Assembly: GCA_038209745.1 (NCBI GenBank)
Contig: JBBQXJ010000063.1
Span: forward strand, 1 to 27,151
Direction: 5' to 3'
Length of the DNA: 27,151 nucleotides
DNA from: Verrucomicrobiota bacterium
GTDB taxonomy: Bacteria > Verrucomicrobiota > Verrucomicrobiia > Limisphaerales > CANJSG01
Positions within the stretch are counted from its first letter, which is position 1. Each line of letters begins with the position of its first letter. The notes under the pieces were generated by a model, which did not search any database, was not told where the DNA came from, and saw only the letters and a program-made list of their open reading frames with translations. Shown here in pieces: positions 17,073 to 25,851 of this stretch. A program made the position numbers and the translations under genes.

Positions 17073-17173
17073 ACCTTGTTTTAAGCAAAAGAGACAGGCT
17101 GCAACCGTCCGCGATAGACTGTCCACATTGCATCTAAACAACAATGGCAGGCCACATTCACGCGTTTGATTCT

Positions 17174-17788
17174 ATGAACATTGTTTGTCCAAAGTGCGGC
17201 GGCTCGACTGTTCGCGGTGATGTTCGCTCCGGTATATTGAGCTTTGGTGATTTTTTCATCGAACATGATGGCGACAAGCGAACATTTACTGGAGCGCCAA
17301 AGCCTCGGCCTGGTGTTCAGCGCGACAGCCGAGTGATCTCTTTCGCTTGTCAGAGCTGCGGCTTGGTGACCAGTTATTTGGAGCGAGTTGTTCGAGATAG
17401 TTCCAAGACATCAACATGGCAGCTCCCTATGAGCTGGCCACGTTTGTCAACAGGTGAGGAAGTGTCCGGCGGGTTTTGTCGGATGGGTTTGATCGGAGCG
17501 GAGGAGCGGCAGCCGCGGGATTCTGCTGACAACCGGGGCTTCCGGTGGTTCCCGTGTTCCTCTCTCGCGGTGTTCATCGATAGTGTGCCTTCAAACGAGG
17601 TAGGGACGGCACGCCGAGCCGTCCCTGCCCATTCGCTTCGTCGGTGCAGACCGCTTCGAAAGACTCCATGGCACCGCTCTACTGCGACCGGCCGAACTTC
17701 TTCTCCAGCTCGCGGAAGTTCATCTCGATCAGCGTCGGCCGGCCGTGGGGACAGGTGTAGGGCATCTGGCAACGGCGGAGGTCGTTGA
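17174..17788 (+). CDS. Small zinc-ribbon protein (CPKCG...CQSCG), probably with a lost stop or read-through tail
   Basis: The first ~75 codons are low-GC and protein-like with two CxxC pairs; the rest runs through a REP and 110 bp into mutL and looks non-coding. Confidence 0.5.
   Translation: MNIVCPKCGGSTVRGDVRSGILSFGDFFIEHDGDKRTFTGAPKPRPGVQRDSRVISFACQSCGLVTSYLERVVRDSSKTSTWQLPMSWPRLSTGEEVSGGFCRMGLIGAEERQPRDSADNRGFRWFPCSSLAVFIDSVPSNEVGTARRAVPAHSLRRCRPLRKTPWHRSTATGRTSSPARGSSSRSASAGRGDRCRASGNGGGR
17600..17628. repeat. GTAG-headed REP hairpin (family D) downstream of mutL
   Basis: gtagggacggc-acgccga-gccgtccctgc. Confidence 0.7.
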
Positions 17789-19721
17789 CCAGGTTCTCCA
17801 GCTCCGCGCCGGTCAGAGGATCGTTCGCCTTCACCGAGTGGCGGCAGACGGTCTTGGCCACGACGTGTTCGCCGAGACGGACGTTGTTCACCTTGTCGCC
17901 GGCGGCTTTGAGCTCGTCGATCAGTTCCAGCACGAAGCGGCGCGGTTCGCCGGCCTTCACGAAGGGCGGCAAGGCATCGAGCAGGAAGGTGCGTTCGCCG
18001 AATTCGCTCAGGCCCACGCCCAGCCGGGTGAGCACGCCGAGATTGTCGCGCAGGAAGAGCGCGTCTTTCGGACTCAGCTCGATGGTCTCGGGCAGGAGCA
18101 ACCGCTGGGATGGTGCGGAGCCCGCCTCTTCCAATCGCCGCAACATCTGCTCGAAAAGGATCCGCTCGTGCGCCGCGTGCTGGTCGAGCAGCACCAGCCC
18201 GCGATCCGATTCCAGCACGACGTAGAGGCGGCCGACGACGCCGACGAGGCGGAGCGGCACGTGGAGCAGCGGGACGGGGGAAGGGGAACCGATACCGGAT
18301 ACCGGATTCCTGATGCCGGATGCCCGATGCTCCGCAGTGGGAGGGGCCGCTTCGAAGGAGGGCGGTTGGTTCACTGCCGGTGCCGGAGTTGGCAGCGGAG
18401 CCGATCCGGCATGCGCCTTTGCCGCTGCTTTCGCCGCCTGCACAAAGAGCGGTTCGGCTTGGACGGCGAGCGGCGGTTCAGCCGGGGCGGCGAGATCGAG
18501 CTGGGACGGGGAGGCGACCGATGCCGGATGCCGGATGCTGGATTCCTGATGGGAGGACGGAGGCAATCCGGCCGGCGACTGTTGGCCGCCTGTGACTGAC
18601 CGCTGACCACTGGCGACTGACAACCGACCCTGCTCGGTATGATACCCCAGCAGCGTCTGCTTCACGGCTTCGGCGACGGCTCGGCGGACACCGCGTTCAT
18701 CGTGGAACTTCACCTCGCGTTTGGACGGGTGGATGTTCACGTCCACCAGCGCCGGATCGATCTCCAGGAAGAGGCAACAGACCGGGTAACGACCCTTCAT
18801 CAGCGCGTTGTGGTAGCCCTCGACGAGCGCCATGTTCAGGCCCCGATGTTCGATGGGCCGGCGATTGACGAAGAGGTGCTGGTCCTCCCTTGATCCGCGC
18901 GACACGCCCGGCGCACCGATCAATCCCCGGACGCGAACGCTGATCCGATTCGCAGGAGGCGGCGCATCGTCCACGAAGTCGCCCAACGCTTCGTCCGGGT
19001 CACGCACCGCACCCAGCTCGGTGGTGGAATCCACCGGCAAGAGCCGGGTCTCGTCGGGCAGCAACGCCTTCCACCGTTCGCGCAACGCCCCCAGCGGATC
19101 GGCGTCCCGCGTGGCTGGAATCTGCCAAAGAGTGCGACCGTCCCGGATGAAGGTGAAAGCGATGCCCGGGTGCGCCAGCGCGGCGAGAGTGAGGTAGTGC
19201 TGCACATGCGCGGACTCGGTCTCGTCGCTGCGGAGGAACTTCCGCCGGGCCGGCACGTTGAAGAAAAGCTGCCGCACTTCGACGCTCGTCCCGCTCGCTC
19301 CGCCCGACGCTTTCACCGCCACGATCTTGCCGCCACTGATCACGATCTGCGTGCCCTCGGGGCTGTCGCTGTCGCGCTCGCGCGTGGTGAGGGTGAAGCG
19401 GCAGACGCTGGCGATGCTGGGGATGGCTTCACCGCGGAAACCCATCGTGGAAATGCCCGCCAGATCTTCGGCGTTGCGGATCTTGCTGGTCGCGTGGCGT
19501 TCGAGGCAGAGGAGCGCGTCGTCCTTGCCCATGCCGGTGCCGTCGTCGATCACGCGGACGAGGCTGCGGCCGCCGGCGGCGATCTCGACGGAGATGCGGC
19601 TCGGGCCGGCATCGAGCGCGTTTTCCACGAGCTCCTTCACCACGCTGGCAGGGCGTTCGACCACTTCGCCGGCGGCGATCTGGTTGGCGACCTGTTCAGA
19701 GAGAAGGCGGATTCGGTTCAT
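17679..19721 (-). CDS. mutL: DNA mismatch repair endonuclease MutL
   Basis: IAAGEVVERPASVVKELVENALDAG, HATSKI, GFRGEA, DVNIHPSKREV, DQHAAHER, CPHGRP; start reassigned to MNRIRLL. Confidence 0.97.
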   Translation of the reverse strand: MNRIRLLSEQVANQIAAGEVVERPASVVKELVENALDAGPSRISVEIAAGGRSLVRVIDDGTGMGKDDALLCLERHATSKIRNAEDLAGISTMGFRGEAIPSIASVCRFTLTTRERDSDSPEGTQIVISGGKIVAVKASGGASGTSVEVRQLFFNVPARRKFLRSDETESAHVQHYLTLAALAHPGIAFTFIRDGRTLWQIPATRDADPLGALRERWKALLPDETRLLPVDSTTELGAVRDPDEALGDFVDDAPPPANRISVRVRGLIGAPGVSRGSREDQHLFVNRRPIEHRGLNMALVEGYHNALMKGRYPVCCLFLEIDPALVDVNIHPSKREVKFHDERGVRRAVAEAVKQTLLGYHTEQGRLSVASGQRSVTGGQQSPAGLPPSSHQESSIRHPASVASPSQLDLAAPAEPPLAVQAEPLFVQAAKAAAKAHAGSAPLPTPAPAVNQPPSFEAAPPTAEHRASGIRNPVSGIGSPSPVPLLHVPLRLVGVVGRLYVVLESDRGLVLLDQHAAHERILFEQMLRRLEEAGSAPSQRLLLPETIELSPKDALFLRDNLGVLTRLGVGLSEFGERTFLLDALPPFVKAGEPRRFVLELIDELKAAGDKVNNVRLGEHVVAKTVCRHSVKANDPLTGAELENLVNDLRRCQMPYTCPHGRPTLIEMNFRELEKKFGRSQ
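18289..18330. repeat. Six 7-bp tandem units in the mutL linker
   Basis: ccgatac cggatac cggattc ctgatgc cggatgc ccgatgc (42 bp = 14 codons). Confidence 0.85.
18518..18552. repeat. Five 7-bp tandem units in the mutL linker
   Basis: ccgatgc cggatgc cggatgc tggattc ctgatgg. Confidence 0.8.
18594..18628. repeat. Five 7-bp tandem units (nACTGAC type) in the mutL linker
   Basis: gactgac cgctgac cactggc gactgac aaccgac. Confidence 0.75.
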
Positions 19722-19817
19722 CGACGCGGCAAGGAAATCACGGACGAAACGCGATGAACACGGATAGTTGTCCACAAGCGCCGGGACGCCGGTTTGGCGG
19801 AGCGCTCCAAGATGGGG

Positions 19818-20921
19818 CTAATCCTGAACGATCGGCAGCTCGACCTCGAAGATCGCGCCGTGGCCCGGCCGGGCATGGTGGCGGACCTTGCCGCCGTGGG
19901 CTTCGACGATGCGCTTGCAGATGGAGAGGCCGAGCCCGGTGCCGGCGGCCTTGCCGTGGGTGGCGAACGGCTGGAACAGGCGGTCCTTCAGCTCTTCCGG
20001 AATGCCCGCGCCCGTGTCCTCGATCTCCGTGACCACGGAGGTGTCGGTCACGACGAACCGGAGATGGATCTTCCCCCCGTCGGACATGGCGTCGCAGGCG
20101 TTGTTCAACAGGTTCTGGAAGGCCCGCTCCAAGCGATCCGGATCCGCCGCGATCTGCACGGAGGGAGGTTGCGACTCGAACACGATCTCGACGCCCGCAT
20201 GCTCCAGGCGGGGCTTCAGCTCTTCGAGGAAGAGCGGGAACATCTTGGCGAAGTCGGCCCGGAACAGGGACAGGTCCGTGTCGCTGCCCTTGCTGAATTC
20301 CAGCACCTCGCCGATCAACGAACTGATCCGGTCCACCTGCTTGAGGATGCGGGCGCGCGCGATGGCGCGGACCTCCGGCGCGGTGATCTGTTGGCAGGCC
20401 AGCTCGGCCGAAACGCTGATCAGATTCAGCGGATTGCGGATGTCGTGGACGATGGCCCCGGCGAAGCGGCCGACCAACGCGAGCCGCTCCGCCCGCAGGA
20501 GTTCCTGGACGTGCTGCCGGCTGAAATCCCGGAAACGCGAGCTGATCTGCCGCAGCAGCGCGACGGCCATTCCCGGCATCCGGTCGAGCAACCGCAGCAC
20601 TTCGGCGCGCGGGAAGAACTGGAGCACCACGTCCGTGGCCGCGAGCGCCGTGGCGGATCGCGGGTCGTCGTCGAGCACGGCCATCTCCCCGAAGAAGTCG
20701 CCGGGTTTCAGGCGGGAAAGGTCTCGCGATTCGTGGTCCGGATCGTCCACCGCGATCCGCACTTCGCCGGATTCGATCAGGTAGACGCCGTCACCCACCG
20801 CGCCTTGGTGGAAGATCTCCTCGTCCTTGGCGAAGGTCAGACGCCGGGCGCTCTCGAGAATATTGGTGCGCTCCGTCGCGGGGATCCGCTCCCAGAAACG
20901 CGTCTCTTGAAGGTCTGCCAT
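19818..20921 (-). CDS. Cytoplasmic cyclic-nucleotide-binding sensor histidine kinase
   Basis: cNMP domain (GDFFGEMAV...PRSATA), H-box VHDIRNPL, N-box NLLNNACDA, DTGAGI, GTGLGL; no TM. Confidence 0.93.
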   Translation of the reverse strand: MADLQETRFWERIPATERTNILESARRLTFAKDEEIFHQGAVGDGVYLIESGEVRIAVDDPDHESRDLSRLKPGDFFGEMAVLDDDPRSATALAATDVVLQFFPRAEVLRLLDRMPGMAVALLRQISSRFRDFSRQHVQELLRAERLALVGRFAGAIVHDIRNPLNLISVSAELACQQITAPEVRAIARARILKQVDRISSLIGEVLEFSKGSDTDLSLFRADFAKMFPLFLEELKPRLEHAGVEIVFESQPPSVQIAADPDRLERAFQNLLNNACDAMSDGGKIHLRFVVTDTSVVTEIEDTGAGIPEELKDRLFQPFATHGKAAGTGLGLSICKRIVEAHGGKVRHHARPGHGAIFEVELPIVQD

Positions 20922-21102
20922 GGCTCAGCGGGTTTCGACGGAGTGGGCGACGATCGGACGGACGACGATGGGAGGATCCCAAACCGGTTCGGACCGGAAC
21001 GCAGTGAGCATGGGTGGAGCGTCCCGGCGGCAACGGCCCAGCGTCAAGGCGCGAAAATCCCGCATTGCCAGAACGCGGTCGCCGGAAAGAACTTCCCATC
21101 GC

Positions 21103-21714
21103 ATGTCCGCCGTCAACGAAACCCTGGTCCGCGAATACTTCGAGCTGCACGGGTTCTTCGTCCGGCAGGCGCGGAAGTTCATCGCGCCCCAGCTGCGCGA
21201 CGACGACGAAGCGGACTTCTTCGTGGTGCATCCCGCGCCCCGCCAGGAGCCGCCGCCGTTCATCCTCCAGTCGGACGATCTTCCCCGGCTCGGCCGCGCG
21301 ATCGTCGTCGTGAAGCCGTGGCACACGGACACCTTCACCCCCGGGCTGTTGGCCAATGCTCCGGAGATCTTCCGCTTCCTCGAACCCGCCGCGCTGGCTC
21401 AGTCGGCCAAGGCCTTCCCGGGAGAGGGCCGCATCCTGCGCGTGCTCGTTCTGCCGGCCCTGCCGAAGGAGCCCGGCGCCTGCCGCCAGAGCATTTCGCT
21501 GCTGAAGGCCAAGGGTGTGGACGCCGTCCTTCTCTTCCGCCCTTTGTTGCAGGATCTGATCACCAGCGTGGAGACGAACCGCAACTACCAGAAGTCCGAC
21601 GTGCTCCAGCTCCTGCGCATCCTGAAGAACTACGAGTTCCTGCGCGAACCCCAGCTGGAACTGTTCAAGACAACCGGCAAGAAAGCCCGCAAGACCCGGC
21701 GCGCCTCCGCCTAG
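21103..21714 (+). CDS. Hypothetical protein with PD-(D/E)XK-like pattern and C-terminal QLELF motif
   Basis: Strong GC3 bias from MSAVNE; ETLVREYFELHGFFV...EADFFV...VVVKPW; EPQLELF followed by a basic tail. Confidence 0.82.
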   Translation: MSAVNETLVREYFELHGFFVRQARKFIAPQLRDDDEADFFVVHPAPRQEPPPFILQSDDLPRLGRAIVVVKPWHTDTFTPGLLANAPEIFRFLEPAALAQSAKAFPGEGRILRVLVLPALPKEPGACRQSISLLKAKGVDAVLLFRPLLQDLITSVETNRNYQKSDVLQLLRILKNYEFLREPQLELFKTTGKKARKTRRASA

Positions 21715-21726
21715 ATTCGGAGCGCG

Positions 21727-22710
21727 TCACGCCCGGGGATGCGCCGCGTCGTAGGCCTGCTTGAGGCGCTCGGTCGTCACATGGGTGTAGATCTGCGTCG
21801 TGGCCAGGTGCGCGTGGCCCAGCAGCTCCTGCACGCTGCGGAGATCCGCACCGTGATTCAGGAGATGCGTGGCGAAGCTGTGGCGGATCTTGTGCGGCGT
21901 GAGACTTTCGTCGAGTCCCGCCACCCGCAGATACTCCTTGAGCCGCCGCTGCACCGCGCCCGGCGTCACCGGCGCCAACGAGTCGGCCCGCATCCGGAAG
22001 ACGAACCTTTCTCCATCCCGAGCGTCGCCAACGTTCCGCGCCAGTTGTCGGATGGCCTTCAGCGCGGGCAGACCGATGGGAACCACCCGCTCCTTCCGGC
22101 CCTTGCCCACGACCCGCAGCGTTTCCTCCGAGGCGGAAATGCCGCTCCATTTCAAGCCGCAGACCTCGCTGATGCGCAACCCGCAGGAATAGATCGTCTC
22201 CAGCAGCGCGGCATCCCGCAGCGCTTCGAACCGACGGCGCGCGGCGGCTTCGGGGGTTTCGTCTTCGGGCGTTTCCTTCAACTTGAGCAGCGGGGCTTCG
22301 AGCAGACCGACGATCTGCGCCTCGGCCAGGAACTGCGGCAACCGCCGCGCCTGCTTGGGCAGGATCAGATTCCGGATGGGAGACTGCTCCACATGCCCCT
22401 CGCGGATGAGGAACTTGTAGAACGTCCGCAACGCCGCGAAGTGCAGCTGGATGGTGGCGCGACCGCGGTGTCGCAGGCTGAGCTTGCGGAGGTAGCCGCG
22501 GAAATCCTCCCGGGTCAGCCGGGTCCACTCCGGGGCGGCTTTCCTCTCGCCTTGGTTCCATGCGGTGAAGTCCGCGAGCGAATGCGCGTAGTTGCGCCGC
22601 GTCATCTCGGACAGACCGCGATCGACGCTCAAGTGCCGCAGAAACGCCACCACTTGGGGATCCTGCGGGACGGGGTCCCTATCGGTCTGGCTGGCAGCGG
22701 CGTCGCTCAT
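21727..22710 (-). CDS. xerC: Tyrosine recombinase, XerC-like
   Basis: CGLRISE, GKGRKER, HKIRHSFATH, LLGH, TTQIY and C-terminal YDAAHPRA; N-terminal SAM-like domain. XerC versus XerD is not certain. Confidence 0.85.
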   Translation of the reverse strand: MSDAAASQTDRDPVPQDPQVVAFLRHLSVDRGLSEMTRRNYAHSLADFTAWNQGERKAAPEWTRLTREDFRGYLRKLSLRHRGRATIQLHFAALRTFYKFLIREGHVEQSPIRNLILPKQARRLPQFLAEAQIVGLLEAPLLKLKETPEDETPEAAARRRFEALRDAALLETIYSCGLRISEVCGLKWSGISASEETLRVVGKGRKERVVPIGLPALKAIRQLARNVGDARDGERFVFRMRADSLAPVTPGAVQRRLKEYLRVAGLDESLTPHKIRHSFATHLLNHGADLRSVQELLGHAHLATTQIYTHVTTERLKQAYDAAHPRA

Positions 22711-22975
22711 GCGTCTCGGAAGGAGGCTAGTGCCGTCCTGCTCCGCGAGAAAGCCAGGACTGGCGGGCCCAATCCACGCGCCAGGAGGTGTTGGAGCTTT
22801 GGACGCTTCGTCCTTCTAGGTTTTTTGGGCTCCGCTGCAACTCGGCCATCCCGGCCACGATGGCGCGGAGGTCGAGCATGATTTCATCTCACCTGGGCTG
22901 CCCACGGTTCACTGTTTTGTCCGAGACTTCGGAGCACAGGCAGGAGGGGCTGTCAGAAGGAGGCGGGCGCCCTTT

Positions 22976-24352
22976 TCAGAACCGCTTCACCACCCAGTCG
23001 GTGAAGCCGAAGGTGTCGGCGAGGAGCTTCAGGTTCAGCACGACGATGATGACGGCGGTGGTCCAGCCGAGGATCTTGATCCAGACCGGATTCACGAATT
23101 CGCCCATCTTCGTCTTTTCGCCGGTGAACCGCATCAACGGCCAGACTGCGAACCCCAGCTGCATGCTCAGCACGACTTGGCTGGCGACCAGCAGCTGCGT
23201 GGCCTTGCTCTCCCCGAAGTAGCCGATGACGAAGACGGCGGGCACGATCGCGATGCCCCGGGTTATCAGCCGCCGGAGCCACGGACGAACCCGGATGTTG
23301 ACGAAGCCCTCCATCACGATCTGTCCGGCCAGGGTTCCGGTGAGGGTCGAGTTCTGGCCGGATGCCAACAACGCGACCGCGAAGAGGATGCTCGCGCCGC
23401 CAACGCCGAGAAGCGGGCTCAGCAGCTTGAAGGCGTCCTGGATCTCCGCGACGTCCCGGTGTCCCGACCAATGGAACGCCGCCGCCGCGAGCACGAGGAT
23501 CGCTCCGTTCACAAACAGGGCCAGCGTAAGCGCCAGCGTCGAGTCGATCGTGGCGAACTTGATCGCCTCCCGTTTTCCGCGGGTATCCCGCTCGTAGCGC
23601 CGCGTCTGCACGATGGAAGAATGCAGGTAGAGGTTGTGCGGCATGACCGTGGCTCCGAGGATGCCGATCGCGAGGTAGAGCATTTCCCGGTTCTTCAGGA
23701 TCTCAGGATGGGGGACGAGGCCCAGCGCCACGGCGCCGAGATCGGGCTTGGCAAAGAAAAGCTCCGCCGCAAAACAGCCCCCGATGGTCGCGATGAGCGT
23801 GACCACCAGCGCCTCGATGTAGCGGAAGCCTTTCGCCTGGAGCAGCAGCACCGCCAGCACGTCCGCCGCCGTGATGATGCAGCCCCACACCAGCGGGATG
23901 CCGAAGAGCAACTGCAGGGCGATGGCCGAGCCGACGACCTCCGCCAGATCACACGCGGCGATGGCGACTTCGCAGAGTATCCACAAGAGCCAGACCGTCG
24001 GTGCGGAATAATGGTCCCGGCAGGCTTGGGCCAGATCCCGGCCGGTGGCGACGCCCAGCTTGATGCAGAGGTGCTGGAGCAGGACCGCCATGAGATTGGA
24101 GATCATGACGACGCTCAACAGGCTGTAGCCGAACTTGGCTCCACCCGCGAGGTCGGTCGCCCAGTTGCCCGGATCCATGTAGCCGACGGCGACGAGATAG
24201 CCGGGTCCGGAAAACGCGAGCAGCTTGCGCCAGAACCCGGCGTCCTTCGGGAAACCGATCGAACGATGGACCTCGGGCAGACTCGGGAACTCGCCCTCCT
24301 TTTTCCAGCCAGAGACCGGCTCATCAGGTTTATCCACAGCGGCAGTGTCCAT
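22976..24352 (-). CDS. mntH: Nramp family divalent metal (Mn2+) transporter
   Basis: YMDPGNW, MPHNLYLHS, GTLAGQIVMEGF. Confidence 0.96.
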   Translation of the reverse strand: MDTAAVDKPDEPVSGWKKEGEFPSLPEVHRSIGFPKDAGFWRKLLAFSGPGYLVAVGYMDPGNWATDLAGGAKFGYSLLSVVMISNLMAVLLQHLCIKLGVATGRDLAQACRDHYSAPTVWLLWILCEVAIAACDLAEVVGSAIALQLLFGIPLVWGCIITAADVLAVLLLQAKGFRYIEALVVTLIATIGGCFAAELFFAKPDLGAVALGLVPHPEILKNREMLYLAIGILGATVMPHNLYLHSSIVQTRRYERDTRGKREAIKFATIDSTLALTLALFVNGAILVLAAAAFHWSGHRDVAEIQDAFKLLSPLLGVGGASILFAVALLASGQNSTLTGTLAGQIVMEGFVNIRVRPWLRRLITRGIAIVPAVFVIGYFGESKATQLLVASQVVLSMQLGFAVWPLMRFTGEKTKMGEFVNPVWIKILGWTTAVIIVVLNLKLLADTFGFTDWVVKRF

Positions 24353-24364
24353 GTTTGATGTCGG

Positions 24365-25243
24365 TTAAAAGCGCCGCGAGAAGCCGACGAACGGGTTGAC
24401 GTCGTCCGCAGATTTCGTGACACCGACGTTCACTCCGGCGTCCAGTTGGAAACCGGGGGTGAGCTTGTAGGTCAGTCCGAAGTCCACCGTTCCGACCCAC
24501 GGCACATTTTGTTCGGTGCTGGTCTCGCTGAAGAACTCCACGTAACCGCCCAGACGGCCGACGATTGCGTGGGAAAAGGTGATCAAGTTAATGAAGGAGG
24601 CGTGGTGTCCGTCGCCCTCGCCGTCCTGCTGGCAATCCACCTCGGTCATCCCGCCCATGTCCCAACCCGACGGCAGCGACACGGCCCACGGAAGGATGAC
24701 ACCGCCTTCGACCGACCTGTTTCCGAGACCGGCCCGGCTGGCGGGCATCTTCAAGAACGGCATCACTCCAAAGGCGGTCGCGCCGCCGTCATTGCCCCAA
24801 AAATTCTTTTTCAGCCGCAGAGTCAGGTCGCCAAATCCGGACCGCGTCGTCTCGCTCCCTGTGATCCGGTCTTCTATCCGAACCCGGTTGTAAGTTTCCA
24901 CGATCAGTTGGAAATCCAGATCGTTGAGCAACCCCACCTTGAGGTTGACCGGAGCGATGGACCAGGCGTCGGTCCGCACATCGCCGTCGCTGGAACGATC
25001 ACGATCATGCACATAGCTGACCAAGTCGGCTTCAATCTGAAAATGCCCCGCATCGACCGTGAAAGGACTCTCCGTCTTGTCGGGACGATCGGTGCTGAGG
25101 TCCCGCATCAACGCGACGGGAGTAGGGAAGAAGAGATGATATTGGTCTTTGTTCGGCACTGCCCCCTCCGCTCCTGCGATGAGCGGAACGGACCACGGCA
25201 CGGCTGCCATGAGCATGGAGAAAAATTGGCGGCGACCGTTCAT
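24365..25243 (-). CDS. Outer-membrane beta-barrel channel (MetA-pathway/COG4313-like transporter)
   Basis: Signal peptide, TDRPDKTESPFTVDAGHFQIE plug-like motif, amphipathic strands, QLDAG, C-terminal Phe; 12 bp upstream of mntH. Confidence 0.82.
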   Translation of the reverse strand: MNGRRQFFSMLMAAVPWSVPLIAGAEGAVPNKDQYHLFFPTPVALMRDLSTDRPDKTESPFTVDAGHFQIEADLVSYVHDRDRSSDGDVRTDAWSIAPVNLKVGLLNDLDFQLIVETYNRVRIEDRITGSETTRSGFGDLTLRLKKNFWGNDGGATAFGVMPFLKMPASRAGLGNRSVEGGVILPWAVSLPSGWDMGGMTEVDCQQDGEGDGHHASFINLITFSHAIVGRLGGYVEFFSETSTEQNVPWVGTVDFGLTYKLTPGFQLDAGVNVGVTKSADDVNPFVGFSRRF

Positions 25244-25252
25244 CGAAAGCGG

Positions 25253-25303
25253 AGGTTAGGACCCACTTTGTTTTAGTCAAATAAGAAAGTTAGCCGTGCC
25301 TAT
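25253..25303 (-). promoter_or_regulatory. Putative sigma70 promoter and DtxR/MntR-like operator of the channel-mntH operon
   Basis: Minus strand TTGACT (25275-25280)-16 nt-TAACCT (25253-25258); ttagccgtgcctat (25290-25303) fits TTAG-N6-CTAA with one mismatch. Confidence 0.55.
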
Positions 25304-25459
25304 ATCGGTTCAGGGCGAAGGGCGCGGAGGACTCGACCTGAGATTCTGCGAACCGCCCGTTAGTGCCTTCCCAACCCGCCCAGCCGCCGCAACCCTCGTA
25401 AACCAAGATGGGGGGAACACCCCATTTCCGATGGTCACCGAAGCCAGTAATTCTACAAT

Positions 25460-25543
25460 ATGTCTTCGCAAACCATCATCATCGTTCTCGTCCTTGTCCT
25501 GCTGTTCGGCGGCGGCGGCTTCTTCTACTCCCGGCGCCGGTAG
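25460..25543 (+). CDS. Small membrane peptide (27 aa, DUF3309-like)
   Basis: MSSQTIIIVLVLVLLFGGGGFFYSRRR*; below the ORF-track cutoff; host-like codon usage. Confidence 0.75.
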   Translation: MSSQTIIIVLVLVLLFGGGGFFYSRRR

Positions 25544-25851
25544 TCCGATGGGAAAACAAACGCACAGGAAGACCGGCTCCCGAGTGCGGTAAGGTTCCAT
25601 CGGTCTGATCGCCGGCGTGCCCGTCATCGGAACCGCTTATCCGGCTGATCTGACGCCCCAAAGGTCGTCTCCCTGGCTGTTCCTTAAAATGAATTGCCGG
25701 CCATCTTGCAGGCGAAATGCGCTCTATCTCCCGGAAAACAAGTCCCAAACACAAACGGGCAAGAGCGCCGCACCAGCCACCGTAAAATCCTGCCCTTGGC
25801 CAGTTGAGCCGGTCTTTTATTGAGGGTGACGGTACCTTTTGCCCCAGCTTG

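Noticed and set aside
19776..19815. Possible family A REP remnant (gcgctccaaga) upstream of mutL
   Set aside because: Match too short to support.
21727..22710. Recombinase as a prophage, island or integron integrase
   Set aside because: Xer-type length and HPRA terminus, host-like codon usage, no IntI-specific insertion, and no att or attC sites recognised.
25244..25460. yybP-ykoY manganese riboswitch upstream of the mntH operon
   Set aside because: No recognisable consensus, and the predicted promoter leaves no room for a leader.
25548..25850. Short ORFs or RNA gene between the microprotein and the IS remnant
   Set aside because: No motif, codon bias or recognisable RNA structure.
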